A stretch of 64,000 bases of DNA from NCBI GenBank assembly GCA_963809325.1, contig CAWEIZ010000002.1, positions 807,130-871,129 on the forward strand, written 5' to 3'. This stretch comes from an uncultured Actinomycetes bacterium (GTDB lineage: Bacteria > Actinomycetota > Thermoleophilia > Gaiellales > JAICJC01). The notes below the pieces were generated by a model. The model had not been told where the DNA came from and did no database searches. It saw only the letters and a list, made by a program, of their open reading frames with translations. A program made the position numbers and the translations under genes. This document shows positions 7,769 through 15,713 of the stretch, one piece after another (the first letter of the stretch is position 1; every line of letters starts with the position of its first letter).

Positions 7769-9577
7769 ATGCGCGCGATCGTCGGAGTCGACGTGGGCGG
7801 CACCTTCACCGACGTCGCCCTGATCGCCGGTGGCCGCCTCACGACCGCCAAGGTGCCGACGACCCGCGACCAGTCGCGCGGGGTTGTCGAGGGCGTCGCG
7901 CTTGCGCTTGCCGGAGCGGGCCTCGGCCCCAGCGACGTCGCCCGGCTCGGGCATGGGACGACGGTCGCCACGAATGCGCTGCTCGAGCGGCGCGGCGCGC
8001 GCTCCGCGCTGGTGGCCACGGCCGGGTTCGCAGACCTGCTGACGCTCGCCCGCCAGACCCGTCCGCACCTCTACCGGCTCGACGTCGCCCCGCCGGCGCC
8101 GCTCGCGGAGGTCACCGCGGAGGTCGACGAGCGGTGCGGGCCCGACGGCGTGCTGCGCCGGCTCGACCCGGCGTCGGTCGAGCGGGCGGCGCGCCGGCTC
8201 CGGCACGCGGGCGTCGAGGCGGTCGCGGTGTGCCTGCTTCACTCCTACGCCCACCCCGACCACGAGCGCGACGTGGCCCGCCGCCTGCGTGGTGCGCTGC
8301 CCGGCGTCCACGTCGTCGCGTCGGTCGACGTCGCGCCCGAGTTCCGGGAGTACGAGCGGGCGTCGACGGCGGTCGCCGACGCGTACCTGGGCCCCGTGGC
8401 CGGCCGCTACCTGCGCCATCTGGGGCGATCGGCCGCCGAGCGCGGCCTGCCCGAGCCCGACGTGATGCAGTCGAGCGGCGGCGTGTGCGGCCTGGAGGAC
8501 GCGGCGGCGCACCCGGTGCGGCTGCTCCTGTCCGGCCCTGCCGGCGGGGTCGCCGCCGTGTCGGCGCTGGGGACGCGGGAGGCGGTCAGCTTCGACATGG
8601 GCGGGACGTCGACGGACGTCTGCCTGATCCGCGACGGTGAGGCGGGCATCTCCTCGCAGCGGGCGATCGCCGGCCTCCCGGTCCGCGTGCCGCACGTCGA
8701 CATCCACACCGTCGGCGCGGGCGGCGGCTCGATCGCGTGGCTCGACGAGGGCGGGGCGTTGCGCGTCGGGCCGCAGAGCGCGGGCGCCGATCCGGGGCCG
8801 GCGGCCTACGGCCGCGGTGGGCGCCTGCCGACCGTGACCGACGCCAACGTCGTGCTCGGGCGGCTCGACCCGGCGGTTCCCATCGCCGGCGACCTGCGCC
8901 TCGACGCCCGGGCCGCGCGGGAGGCGCTGCGGGAGGTCGCGGGCCCGTTCCGGTCGGTGCGGGCGGCCGCGGCGGGCGTGATCGCCGTCGCGAACGAGGA
9001 GATGGTGCGGGCGATCAGGGTCGTGAGCGTCGAGCAGGGGCACGATCCGCGCGGGTTGGACCTCGTCGCGTTCGGCGGAGCGGGGCCGCTCCACGCCTGC
9101 GACGTGGCCGACCTGCTGGGGATGCGGGCGGTCGTCGTGCCGGCGGCGGGCGGCGTACTCTCGGCGCTCGGGATCGCGGTGGGCGACCGGCGCACCGACG
9201 CGGTCGAGAGCGTGATGCAGCCGCTCAGCGACTGGCGGCCGGGGAGGATCCGCGGTGCGGCCGACTGCGAGCTTCGCTACCGGGGCCAGGCCCACGAGCT
9301 GACCGTGCCGGTCGCCCCGCGCGCGAGCCTCGCCAAGCGCTTCCACGCCCGCCATCGCGAGCGGTACGGGTTCGATGAGCCCGACGGTGAGATCGAGGTC
9401 GTGAGCGTGCGCGTGTCGCGGGTGACGGCGGGCCCGGCGCTCGAGCTGCCGCGGGCCCCGCGGACGGCGCCGGTGCGCGGCCCGGCGTCGGTCGCACTCG
9501 ACGGGGCGACGATGTGGGTCGGCGAGGGGTGGACGGCGCGGCGACGGCCGGACGGCTCGTGGAGGATGGCGCGGTGA
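7769..9577 (+). CDS. hyuA: Hydantoinase/oxoprolinase subunit A (ATP-dependent N-methylhydantoinase A-like)
   Basis: VGVDVGGTFTD, HGTTVATNALLE, SGPAGGV, FDMGGTSTD, GAGGGSIA, PTVTDAN. Confidence 0.9.
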   Translation: MRAIVGVDVGGTFTDVALIAGGRLTTAKVPTTRDQSRGVVEGVALALAGAGLGPSDVARLGHGTTVATNALLERRGARSALVATAGFADLLTLARQTRPHLYRLDVAPPAPLAEVTAEVDERCGPDGVLRRLDPASVERAARRLRHAGVEAVAVCLLHSYAHPDHERDVARRLRGALPGVHVVASVDVAPEFREYERASTAVADAYLGPVAGRYLRHLGRSAAERGLPEPDVMQSSGGVCGLEDAAAHPVRLLLSGPAGGVAAVSALGTREAVSFDMGGTSTDVCLIRDGEAGISSQRAIAGLPVRVPHVDIHTVGAGGGSIAWLDEGGALRVGPQSAGADPGPAAYGRGGRLPTVTDANVVLGRLDPAVPIAGDLRLDARAAREALREVAGPFRSVRAAAAGVIAVANEEMVRAIRVVSVEQGHDPRGLDLVAFGGAGPLHACDVADLLGMRAVVVPAAGGVLSALGIAVGDRRTDAVESVMQPLSDWRPGRIRGAADCELRYRGQAHELTVPVAPRASLAKRFHARHRERYGFDEPDGEIEVVSVRVSRVTAGPALELPRAPRTAPVRGPASVALDGATMWVGEGWTARRRPDGSWRMAR

Positions 9578-11067
9578 TCGACCCGGCCGGCCTCCAGGTG
9601 CTCGCGGCTGCGCTTCGCGGCGTCGCCGAGGAGATGGGCGCGGCGCTCGTTCGCTCCGCGCACTCCGCCAACATCAAGGAGCGGCGCGACTGCTCCACCG
9701 CCGTGTTCGATCCCGGCGGGCGGATGATCGCCCAGGCCGAGCACCTTCCCGTCCATCTGGGAGCGATGCCCGACGCGGTCGCAGCGGTGCTGGGGCGTGG
9801 GGCCGTGCGCGGCGAGGTATGGGTCATCAACGACCCCTACACGGGCGGCACGCACCTGCCCGACATCACGCTCGTTTCGGTCGTGGACGACCTCGGCATC
9901 GTCTGCTCGCGCGCGCACCACGCCGACGTCGGCGGGATGCAGCCCGCGTCGATGCCGGCCGGGGCGACGGAGCTGCTCCAGGAGGGGGTGGTGATCCCGC
10001 CGCTGCGGCTGACCGGCGACGTGCGCGCGCTCCTCGTCGCCAACATGCGAAAGCCGGCCGAGCGGCTGGCAGACCTGCGCGCGCAGGAGGCGTGCATGTC
10101 AGTTGGCGCCGACCGCCTGCGCCAATTGGCGTCCCGGTTCGGGCGAACGACGCTCCTGCGCGGGATGGACGAGCTGCACGCCTACAGCGAGCGGCGGATC
10201 CGGGCGGGCATCGACCGCATCCCCGACGGTGCCTACGAGGCCGAGGACGTCGTCGAGGGCGACGGCATCCACGTGCGCGACATCCCGATCCGGGTGCGGG
10301 TGACCGTCGCGGGCGACCGGGTGCGGGCCGACTTCGCCGGGACCGCCCCGCAGCAGCGGGGCAACGTCAACTGCCCGATCGCGGTCACGCGCTCGGCGGT
10401 CTACTTCTGCGTCCGGTCGGTCTGCGATCCCGACATCCCCGCGTCGGGCGGCGCGTTCGTCCCGGTCGAGGTGGTCGCGCCCGAGGGGTGCCTCGTGAAC
10501 GCGCGGCCGCCGGCGGCCGTGGTGGGCGGGAACACCGAGACGTCGAGCCGGATCGTCGACGTCGTCATGTCGGCGCTCGGACGGGCCGTCCCGGTGCCGG
10601 CCCACGGCCAGGGGACGATGAACAACGTCACGTTCGGGACGCCGGGCTTCACGTACTACGAGACGCTCGGCGGCGGCCAGGGCGGCGGGCCGGCGGGGCC
10701 GGGGCCGAGTGCCGTCCACGTGGCGATGTCGAACACGCTGAACACGCCGATCGAGGCGCTCGAGCGCGAGTATCCGCTGCGGATCGAGCGCTACGCGGTG
10801 CGGCCGCGGACGGGCGGCGCCGGCCGTCACCCCGGCGGCGACGGCGTGGTGCGCGTCTACCGCGTGCTGGCCGACTGCCGCCTGGGCCTCATGACCGAGC
10901 GCCGCCGCCACGGCCCGCGCGGCGCCGCCGGCGGCGAAGACGGCTCGCCGGGAGCCAACCGCCTGAACGGCCGCCGCCTTCCGGCCAAGTGCAGCCTTGA
11001 TCTGAAGAAGGGCGACGTGCTCGAGATCCGCACCCCGGGCGGCGGCGGCTGGGGCCCGCCGTCCTGA
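9574..11067 (+). CDS. hyuB: Hydantoinase B / oxoprolinase subunit B
   Basis: SANIKERRDCS, HLPVHLG, NDPYTGGTHLPD, HHADVGG, NTPIEALE, TPGGGGWG; GTGA overlap with hyuA. Confidence 0.92.
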   Translation: MIDPAGLQVLAAALRGVAEEMGAALVRSAHSANIKERRDCSTAVFDPGGRMIAQAEHLPVHLGAMPDAVAAVLGRGAVRGEVWVINDPYTGGTHLPDITLVSVVDDLGIVCSRAHHADVGGMQPASMPAGATELLQEGVVIPPLRLTGDVRALLVANMRKPAERLADLRAQEACMSVGADRLRQLASRFGRTTLLRGMDELHAYSERRIRAGIDRIPDGAYEAEDVVEGDGIHVRDIPIRVRVTVAGDRVRADFAGTAPQQRGNVNCPIAVTRSAVYFCVRSVCDPDIPASGGAFVPVEVVAPEGCLVNARPPAAVVGGNTETSSRIVDVVMSALGRAVPVPAHGQGTMNNVTFGTPGFTYYETLGGGQGGGPAGPGPSAVHVAMSNTLNTPIEALEREYPLRIERYAVRPRTGGAGRHPGGDGVVRVYRVLADCRLGLMTERRRHGPRGAAGGEDGSPGANRLNGRRLPAKCSLDLKKGDVLEIRTPGGGGWGPPS

Positions 11068-11100
11068 CTGCAAGACCGGGGTCAGACCCCAATTTTGCAG
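11068..11100. repeat. 33-bp REP-like palindrome (core GGGGTCAGACCCC)
   Basis: CTGCAAGACC-GGGGTCAGACCCC-AATTTTGCAG immediately after the hyuB stop. Confidence 0.75.
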
Positions 11101-11117
11101 CCGGTACACTCGGATCC

Positions 11118-11423
11118 GTGTCGACCGTCGCCCCGCCCGTCCGGAAGCAGAAGCCGCGCAGGTCGGGGCCGGGGTCGGGAGCGGGCCGGCCGTGGCTGGT
11201 CATCGTCAAGAACGACGACCACAACACCTTCGACGGGGTGGCGTTCGCGCTCGCGCGCACCATCCCCGGCGTCAGCTTCGAGCGCGGGATGGAGATGGCC
11301 AATCGCATCCACACGAGCGGGAAGGCCGTCGTCTGGACGGGCGAGCGCGAGCGGGCCGAGCTCTACTGGGAGCAGCTCGTCGGGTTCGGCCTCACGATGG
11401 CGCCCCTGTCTCCGGCGGGCTGA
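11118..11423 (+). CDS. clpS: ATP-dependent Clp protease adaptor ClpS
   Basis: WLVIVKNDDHNTFDGV...IHTSGKAVV; TACACT 7 nt upstream of the GTG. Confidence 0.88.
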   Translation: MSTVAPPVRKQKPRRSGPGSGAGRPWLVIVKNDDHNTFDGVAFALARTIPGVSFERGMEMANRIHTSGKAVVWTGERERAELYWEQLVGFGLTMAPLSPAG

Positions 11424-11427
11424 GCCG

Positions 11428-12201
11428 GTGGCCGCCGTCGATCCCTGGCAGCTCCAGGCCGATCCGGAGTGGGCCGTCGCGATCGTCATCGCCGCCGTCG
11501 ACTACGCCGTCGTCGTGCGCACGTTCGGGCGGCGCGGCTCGCCGACGCCGGCGTGGCGGCGCTGCTGCTTCGCCGCCGGCCTCGCGCTGATCGCCATCGG
11601 CCTGCTCTCGCCGCTCGAGCACATCGCGCTCACGTCGCTCCTCGCGGCCCACCTGCTCCAGAACGTGATGCTGGCCGACTGGGCGCCGCCGCTCCTCGTG
11701 CTCGGCCTCACGCCGGCCATGATGGCGGCGGCCGAGAAGCGCGCGTGGGTTCGCGCCGCGACGGCTCCCCCGGTCGCCCTGACCCTCTGGCTCGCCGCGT
11801 GGTACGCGCTGCACGTCCCCGCGGTCTACGGCTACGCGCTCGAGCACCGCTGGGCGCTCGGACTCGAGCACCTGGCGTTCCTCGCCTCCGGCCTCGCGTT
11901 CTGGTGGGCGGTCATCTCGCCCGGCCGGATGCGCCCGCACTCGCGCCTGCTCTTCCTCTTCGGCGCGTTCATCGCCGCCGCGCCGGTCTCGTTCGCGCTC
12001 GCGTTCACGCAGCCGCTGTATGACTTCTACGAGCGTGCACCGAAGCTGTGGGGGCTCTCGCCGCTCGAGGATCAGCAGATCGGCGCCGTCGGGATGGCGA
12101 TCGAGCAGGCGGTCATCCTCTTCGCCGCGTGCTCGATCGCGTTCATGCAGTGGCTGGACGAGGATGAGGCCCCGCGCCGGCCGGTAGGCTTTCCGACATG
12201 A
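11428..12201 (+). CDS. Cytochrome c oxidase assembly protein, Caa3_CtaG family
   Basis: SPLEHIALTSLLAAHLLQN, WYALHVP, LEHLAF, LSPLEDQQIGA; multi-pass membrane protein. Confidence 0.85.
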   Translation: MAAVDPWQLQADPEWAVAIVIAAVDYAVVVRTFGRRGSPTPAWRRCCFAAGLALIAIGLLSPLEHIALTSLLAAHLLQNVMLADWAPPLLVLGLTPAMMAAAEKRAWVRAATAPPVALTLWLAAWYALHVPAVYGYALEHRWALGLEHLAFLASGLAFWWAVISPGRMRPHSRLLFLFGAFIAAAPVSFALAFTQPLYDFYERAPKLWGLSPLEDQQIGAVGMAIEQAVILFAACSIAFMQWLDEDEAPRRPVGFPT

Positions 12202-13040
12202 GCCGGATCCGCGCCGCCTGCGTCCAGTTCTCGGCCCGAGCAGACAAGTCCGAGAACGTCGCGCTGATGGCGCCGCTCGTGGCCGAGGCCGCCCAGCGTG
12301 GCGCCGACATCGTGCTCCTCCCCGAGAAGTGGAACGCGTGGATGGACGGCCCGCGCCTGCGCCCGCTGGCCGAGCGGATCGACTCCGGCGAGACCGTCGA
12401 CGCGATGGCCGGCTGGGCGCGCGAGCACGGCATCAACCTCATCGGCGGCTCGATCGCGATCGCCGCCGACGACGAGACCGTGCAGAACGTCTCGATCGCC
12501 TTCGATCGCCGTGGGAACCAGGTCGCCGCCTACACCAAGATCCACCTCTTCGACGTGGACGTGGGCGGCTTCAGCTACCGCGAGTCCGACGGCACGGCGC
12601 CGGGGTCGGAGCTCGTCACCGCGGAGCTCGACGGCATCACCGTCGGCCTCACCGTCTGCTACGACCTGCGCTTCCCGGAGCTCTACCGGGCGCTCGCCCT
12701 CGACCGGGGAGCGCGGATCCTCACGATCCCCTCCAACTTCACGCTCCACACGGGCATGGCCCACTGGGAGGTGCTCCTCCGGGCGCGGGCGATCGAGAAC
12801 CAGGCGTTCGTGCTCGCGACCGGCCAGCACGGGACGCCGGGCGGGCTCGACAAGCCGAGCTACGGCCACTCGATGATCATCGACCCGTGGGGGACGGTGC
12901 TGGCCCAGGCGCCCGACGGCGACGGCGTGATCGTCGCCGACCTCGATCTCGCCGCCCAGGCCGCGATCCGCGAGCGGCTCCCGGCGCTTCTCCACATTCG
13001 CCCCGATCTCTACCAAACCACGCACCCCGCTCACACATAA
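12198..13040 (+). CDS. Carbon-nitrogen hydrolase (Nit1/YafV-like amidase)
   Basis: Glu-Lys-Cys triad: LLPE, YTKIHLFD, VCYDLRFPE; RARAIENQ, GHSMIIDPWG. Confidence 0.92.
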   Translation: MSRIRAACVQFSARADKSENVALMAPLVAEAAQRGADIVLLPEKWNAWMDGPRLRPLAERIDSGETVDAMAGWAREHGINLIGGSIAIAADDETVQNVSIAFDRRGNQVAAYTKIHLFDVDVGGFSYRESDGTAPGSELVTAELDGITVGLTVCYDLRFPELYRALALDRGARILTIPSNFTLHTGMAHWEVLLRARAIENQAFVLATGQHGTPGGLDKPSYGHSMIIDPWGTVLAQAPDGDGVIVADLDLAAQAAIRERLPALLHIRPDLYQTTHPAHT

Positions 13041-13070
13041 CGCTAACGAGCGTTGTGGATACTCGCGGCC

Positions 13071-13286
13071 GTGGACACGATGTCGACATACGCGCCCGGA
13101 AGCGGGCTCCTGCTCATCACGATGATGCAGCTCGCCGGCTGGCAGGTGCGAATCCAGCGAGGCGGAACCCGCGCCGTGGCGATCCGCGGCGTGCAGCAGG
13201 TCACGGCGACCGGATCGAGCCTGCCCGAGGTCATACTGGGCGTCTTCCAGAAGACCGTGCGCGCCGGCCGTTCCCGGCGCCGCTGA
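13071..13286 (+). CDS. Small hypothetical protein
   Basis: Clean short ORF filling the intergenic gap, with high-GC codon usage; no recognised motif. Confidence 0.5.
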   Translation: MDTMSTYAPGSGLLLITMMQLAGWQVRIQRGGTRAVAIRGVQQVTATGSSLPEVILGVFQKTVRAGRSRRR

Positions 13287-13289
13287 GAG

Positions 13290-14195
13290 CTACTCCGCCG
13301 GCGGGGCGTTCGGGTCGGGGATCGCGCCCTGGCGGATGAACCAGCGGCGCACCGCGTCGAGGTAGACCTTCGGCTGCTCGACGAACGTCATGTGGGCCGC
13401 CTTCTCGACGACCACGAGCTCCGACCCCTCGACCTCGCGGTGGATCTCCTCGGAGCGCTCGACGGTGCACACCCGGTCGCCCCGGCCCGCGATGACGAGC
13501 ATCGGCTTCGAGATCCAGCGCAGGTGGTCGAGCCACTCGAAGTTGCCGTAGCCGTTCGCGGCGAAGTGCGCCAGCACCTCGGGCGCGTAGACGGTCTCGT
13601 CGGACTGCGTGTAGCGGCTGTAGGCGTCGCCCATCTCCCAGAAGTGAAACGGCATCTGGGCGGCCGAGACCTCGCGGGCCTGCTCGACGGTCTTGAGCTT
13701 GGGCTCCTCGGCCCACGACTTGCGGATCTGATCGCGCAGATACGCCGGCTCGAACGCGTCGATCTCGCGATCCACGTCGGCCATGAGGCCGGCGGTCGTC
13801 GCGACACCCGAGGAGATCACGTACTGGTCGGCGCTCCCGCGCTCGAGCGCGTGCGAGAGGGCGATGAACGCCCCGAACGAGTGCCCGAGGACGCCGTAGG
13901 GGCCGAGATCGAGCGCCCGGGCGAGCCGGTCGATGTCGTGCGCGAAGACCTGCATCGTGAGCGATGCCGGATCGACGCGCGGCGAGGCGCCCTGGCCGCG
14001 CTCGTCGACGTAGAGGAGCCGGAAGCCCATGTCGGCGAGCGGGTCGAGCCACGGCCGGAACTCGTGATGGTCGAGGCCCGGGCCGCCGTGGAGCAGCATC
14101 AGCGGATAGGCGCTCTTCGAGCCCACCTCAACGACGTTCAGGACGCCGCCGTCCTCGAGCTCCACGAGCTTCGCGTCGCCCGCGTGCTCAGCCAT
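13290..14195 (-). CDS. Alpha/beta hydrolase (proline iminopeptidase-like)
   Basis: LLHGGPG, GHSFG nucleophile elbow, GRGD and AAH. Confidence 0.88.
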   Translation of the reverse strand: MAEHAGDAKLVELEDGGVLNVVEVGSKSAYPLMLLHGGPGLDHHEFRPWLDPLADMGFRLLYVDERGQGASPRVDPASLTMQVFAHDIDRLARALDLGPYGVLGHSFGAFIALSHALERGSADQYVISSGVATTAGLMADVDREIDAFEPAYLRDQIRKSWAEEPKLKTVEQAREVSAAQMPFHFWEMGDAYSRYTQSDETVYAPEVLAHFAANGYGNFEWLDHLRWISKPMLVIAGRGDRVCTVERSEEIHREVEGSELVVVEKAAHMTFVEQPKVYLDAVRRWFIRQGAIPDPNAPPAE

Positions 14196-15348
14196 TCAGC
14201 TTCCGGTAGCCGAGTGCGTGCTCGGCCTGCATCATCTTGTGGATCTGCGTCGTCCCCTCGTAGATGATCGGGGCGCGGGAGTTGCGGAAGTAGCGCTCGA
14301 CCGGGTACTCGGCGGAGTAGCCGTACGCGCCGTGCACCTGGATCGCGAGGTGGGCCGCCTTGAACGCGCTCTCGGTCGCGTGCCACTTGGCGAGCGACGT
14401 CTCGCGCGTGTTTCGCACGCCCTTGTCCTTGGCGGCTGCGGCCTGCATCACGAGCAGCCGCGACGTCTCGTAGCCCAGCACCATGTCGGCGATCATGTCC
14501 TGCACGAACTGGTGCTTCCCGATCTGCTGCCCGAACGTCTGGCGCTCGTTCGCGTACTTGACCGACGCCTCCAGGCAGGCCCGGATGACGCCCACCGCGC
14601 CGGCGGCGACCGTGAAGCGCCCCTGGTCGAGCGAGTGCATTGCGATCTTGAAGCCGTCGCCTTCACCACCGACCAGGTTCTCGGCGGGCACCTGCACGTT
14701 CGAGAAGAAGAGCTCGCCCGTCGAGCCGGCCCAGATCCCGAGCTTGTTCGGGATTCGGCGTGCCTCGACGCCGTCCCACGCGCGCTCGACGACGAACGCC
14801 GAGATCCCCTTGTGCCCGGCCGAGGGATCGGTCTTGGCGAAGACGAGCGCGTAGTCGGCCTCGGTCGCGTACGAGATCCAGTTCTTCTGGCCGTTCAGGA
14901 GGTACGTGCCGTCGGCCTGGCGGATGGCCGTCGTCAGCATCGCCGCGACGTCGGAGCCGGCGGCGGGCTCGGTCAGGCCGAAGCAGCCGAGCTTCTCGCC
15001 CGTCGCCATCGGCGCCAGGTAGCGGCGGTGCTGGTCGTCGCTTCCGAACTTGAGCAGCGACAGCGAGTTCAGGCCGACGTGCACCGAGATCAGCGTGCGG
15101 AACGCCGACTCGCCGCGCTCGATCTCCTCGCAGATCAGCGCCTCGCAGACGTAGTCGAGCCCTGCGCCGCCGTGCTCGGGCGGGATCGGCGCGCCCAGCA
15201 GCCCCAGCTCGGCCATGCCCTCGATGATGCCCATGTCGAGGTGGTGGTTGACGTCGTTCTCCTGCGCCACCGGCAGGATGCGTCGGTCGACGAACTCACG
15301 CACGGTCTCCTGGATCGAGCGTTGCTCGTCGTTCAGGTCGAGATCCAC
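14188..15348 (-). CDS. Acyl-CoA dehydrogenase
   Basis: Starts VDLDLNDEQ; FGLTEPAAGSD, LNGQKNWIS, RQTFG, QVHGAYGYS, IYEGTTQI. Confidence 0.93.
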   Translation of the reverse strand: MDLDLNDEQRSIQETVREFVDRRILPVAQENDVNHHLDMGIIEGMAELGLLGAPIPPEHGGAGLDYVCEALICEEIERGESAFRTLISVHVGLNSLSLLKFGSDDQHRRYLAPMATGEKLGCFGLTEPAAGSDVAAMLTTAIRQADGTYLLNGQKNWISYATEADYALVFAKTDPSAGHKGISAFVVERAWDGVEARRIPNKLGIWAGSTGELFFSNVQVPAENLVGGEGDGFKIAMHSLDQGRFTVAAGAVGVIRACLEASVKYANERQTFGQQIGKHQFVQDMIADMVLGYETSRLLVMQAAAAKDKGVRNTRETSLAKWHATESAFKAAHLAIQVHGAYGYSAEYPVERYFRNSRAPIIYEGTTQIHKMMQAEHALGYRKLNG

Positions 15349-15393
15349 GGTCCTCCCCTCGCCCCCTCTCGGCGGGCATCCTAACGGGACCGT

Positions 15394-15713
15394 TAGATGA
15401 GTGATTCCACGTCCCCGCGCGCCTGGACGCACGTCGGTGGTTAGTAGCCGCGTTCTGGCGGGGCTGCGGCTGCGAACCGTCGCATCGCGGCGTCCTCGGT
15501 CGCGCCGATATTTCAACCAATATCGCCCGGCGGCGCCTGCGTAATCGCAGGCGCCTTCCGAACCCTGTCAAGCCGTTCCGGCTTGACAGATCCTGCGTCC
15601 TTGCGCTACTCGGTTCTCGCCCGTTCGCGACCTGCTGGTAGCAGATCGCTCACGACCGCCGCAAGCCAAGGCTTGCGGCTAGGACATCACGGCGACGTGG
15701 AATCACTCATCTA
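15394..15713 (+). mobile_element. TIR-bounded structured repeat, copy B (320 bp; MITE-like)
   Basis: Perfect 20-bp inverted repeat TAGATGAGTGATTCCACGTC / GACGTGGAATCACTCATCTA; internal hairpin cassettes Y (15532-15589) and X (15622-15679). Confidence 0.82.

Noticed and set aside
6077-9355. 1092-aa minus-strand ORF (likewise 34906..38007, 52434..55061 and 25566..27797)
   Set aside because: Antisense shadows of real genes in high-GC DNA; Arg/Pro/Ala-rich and motif-free.
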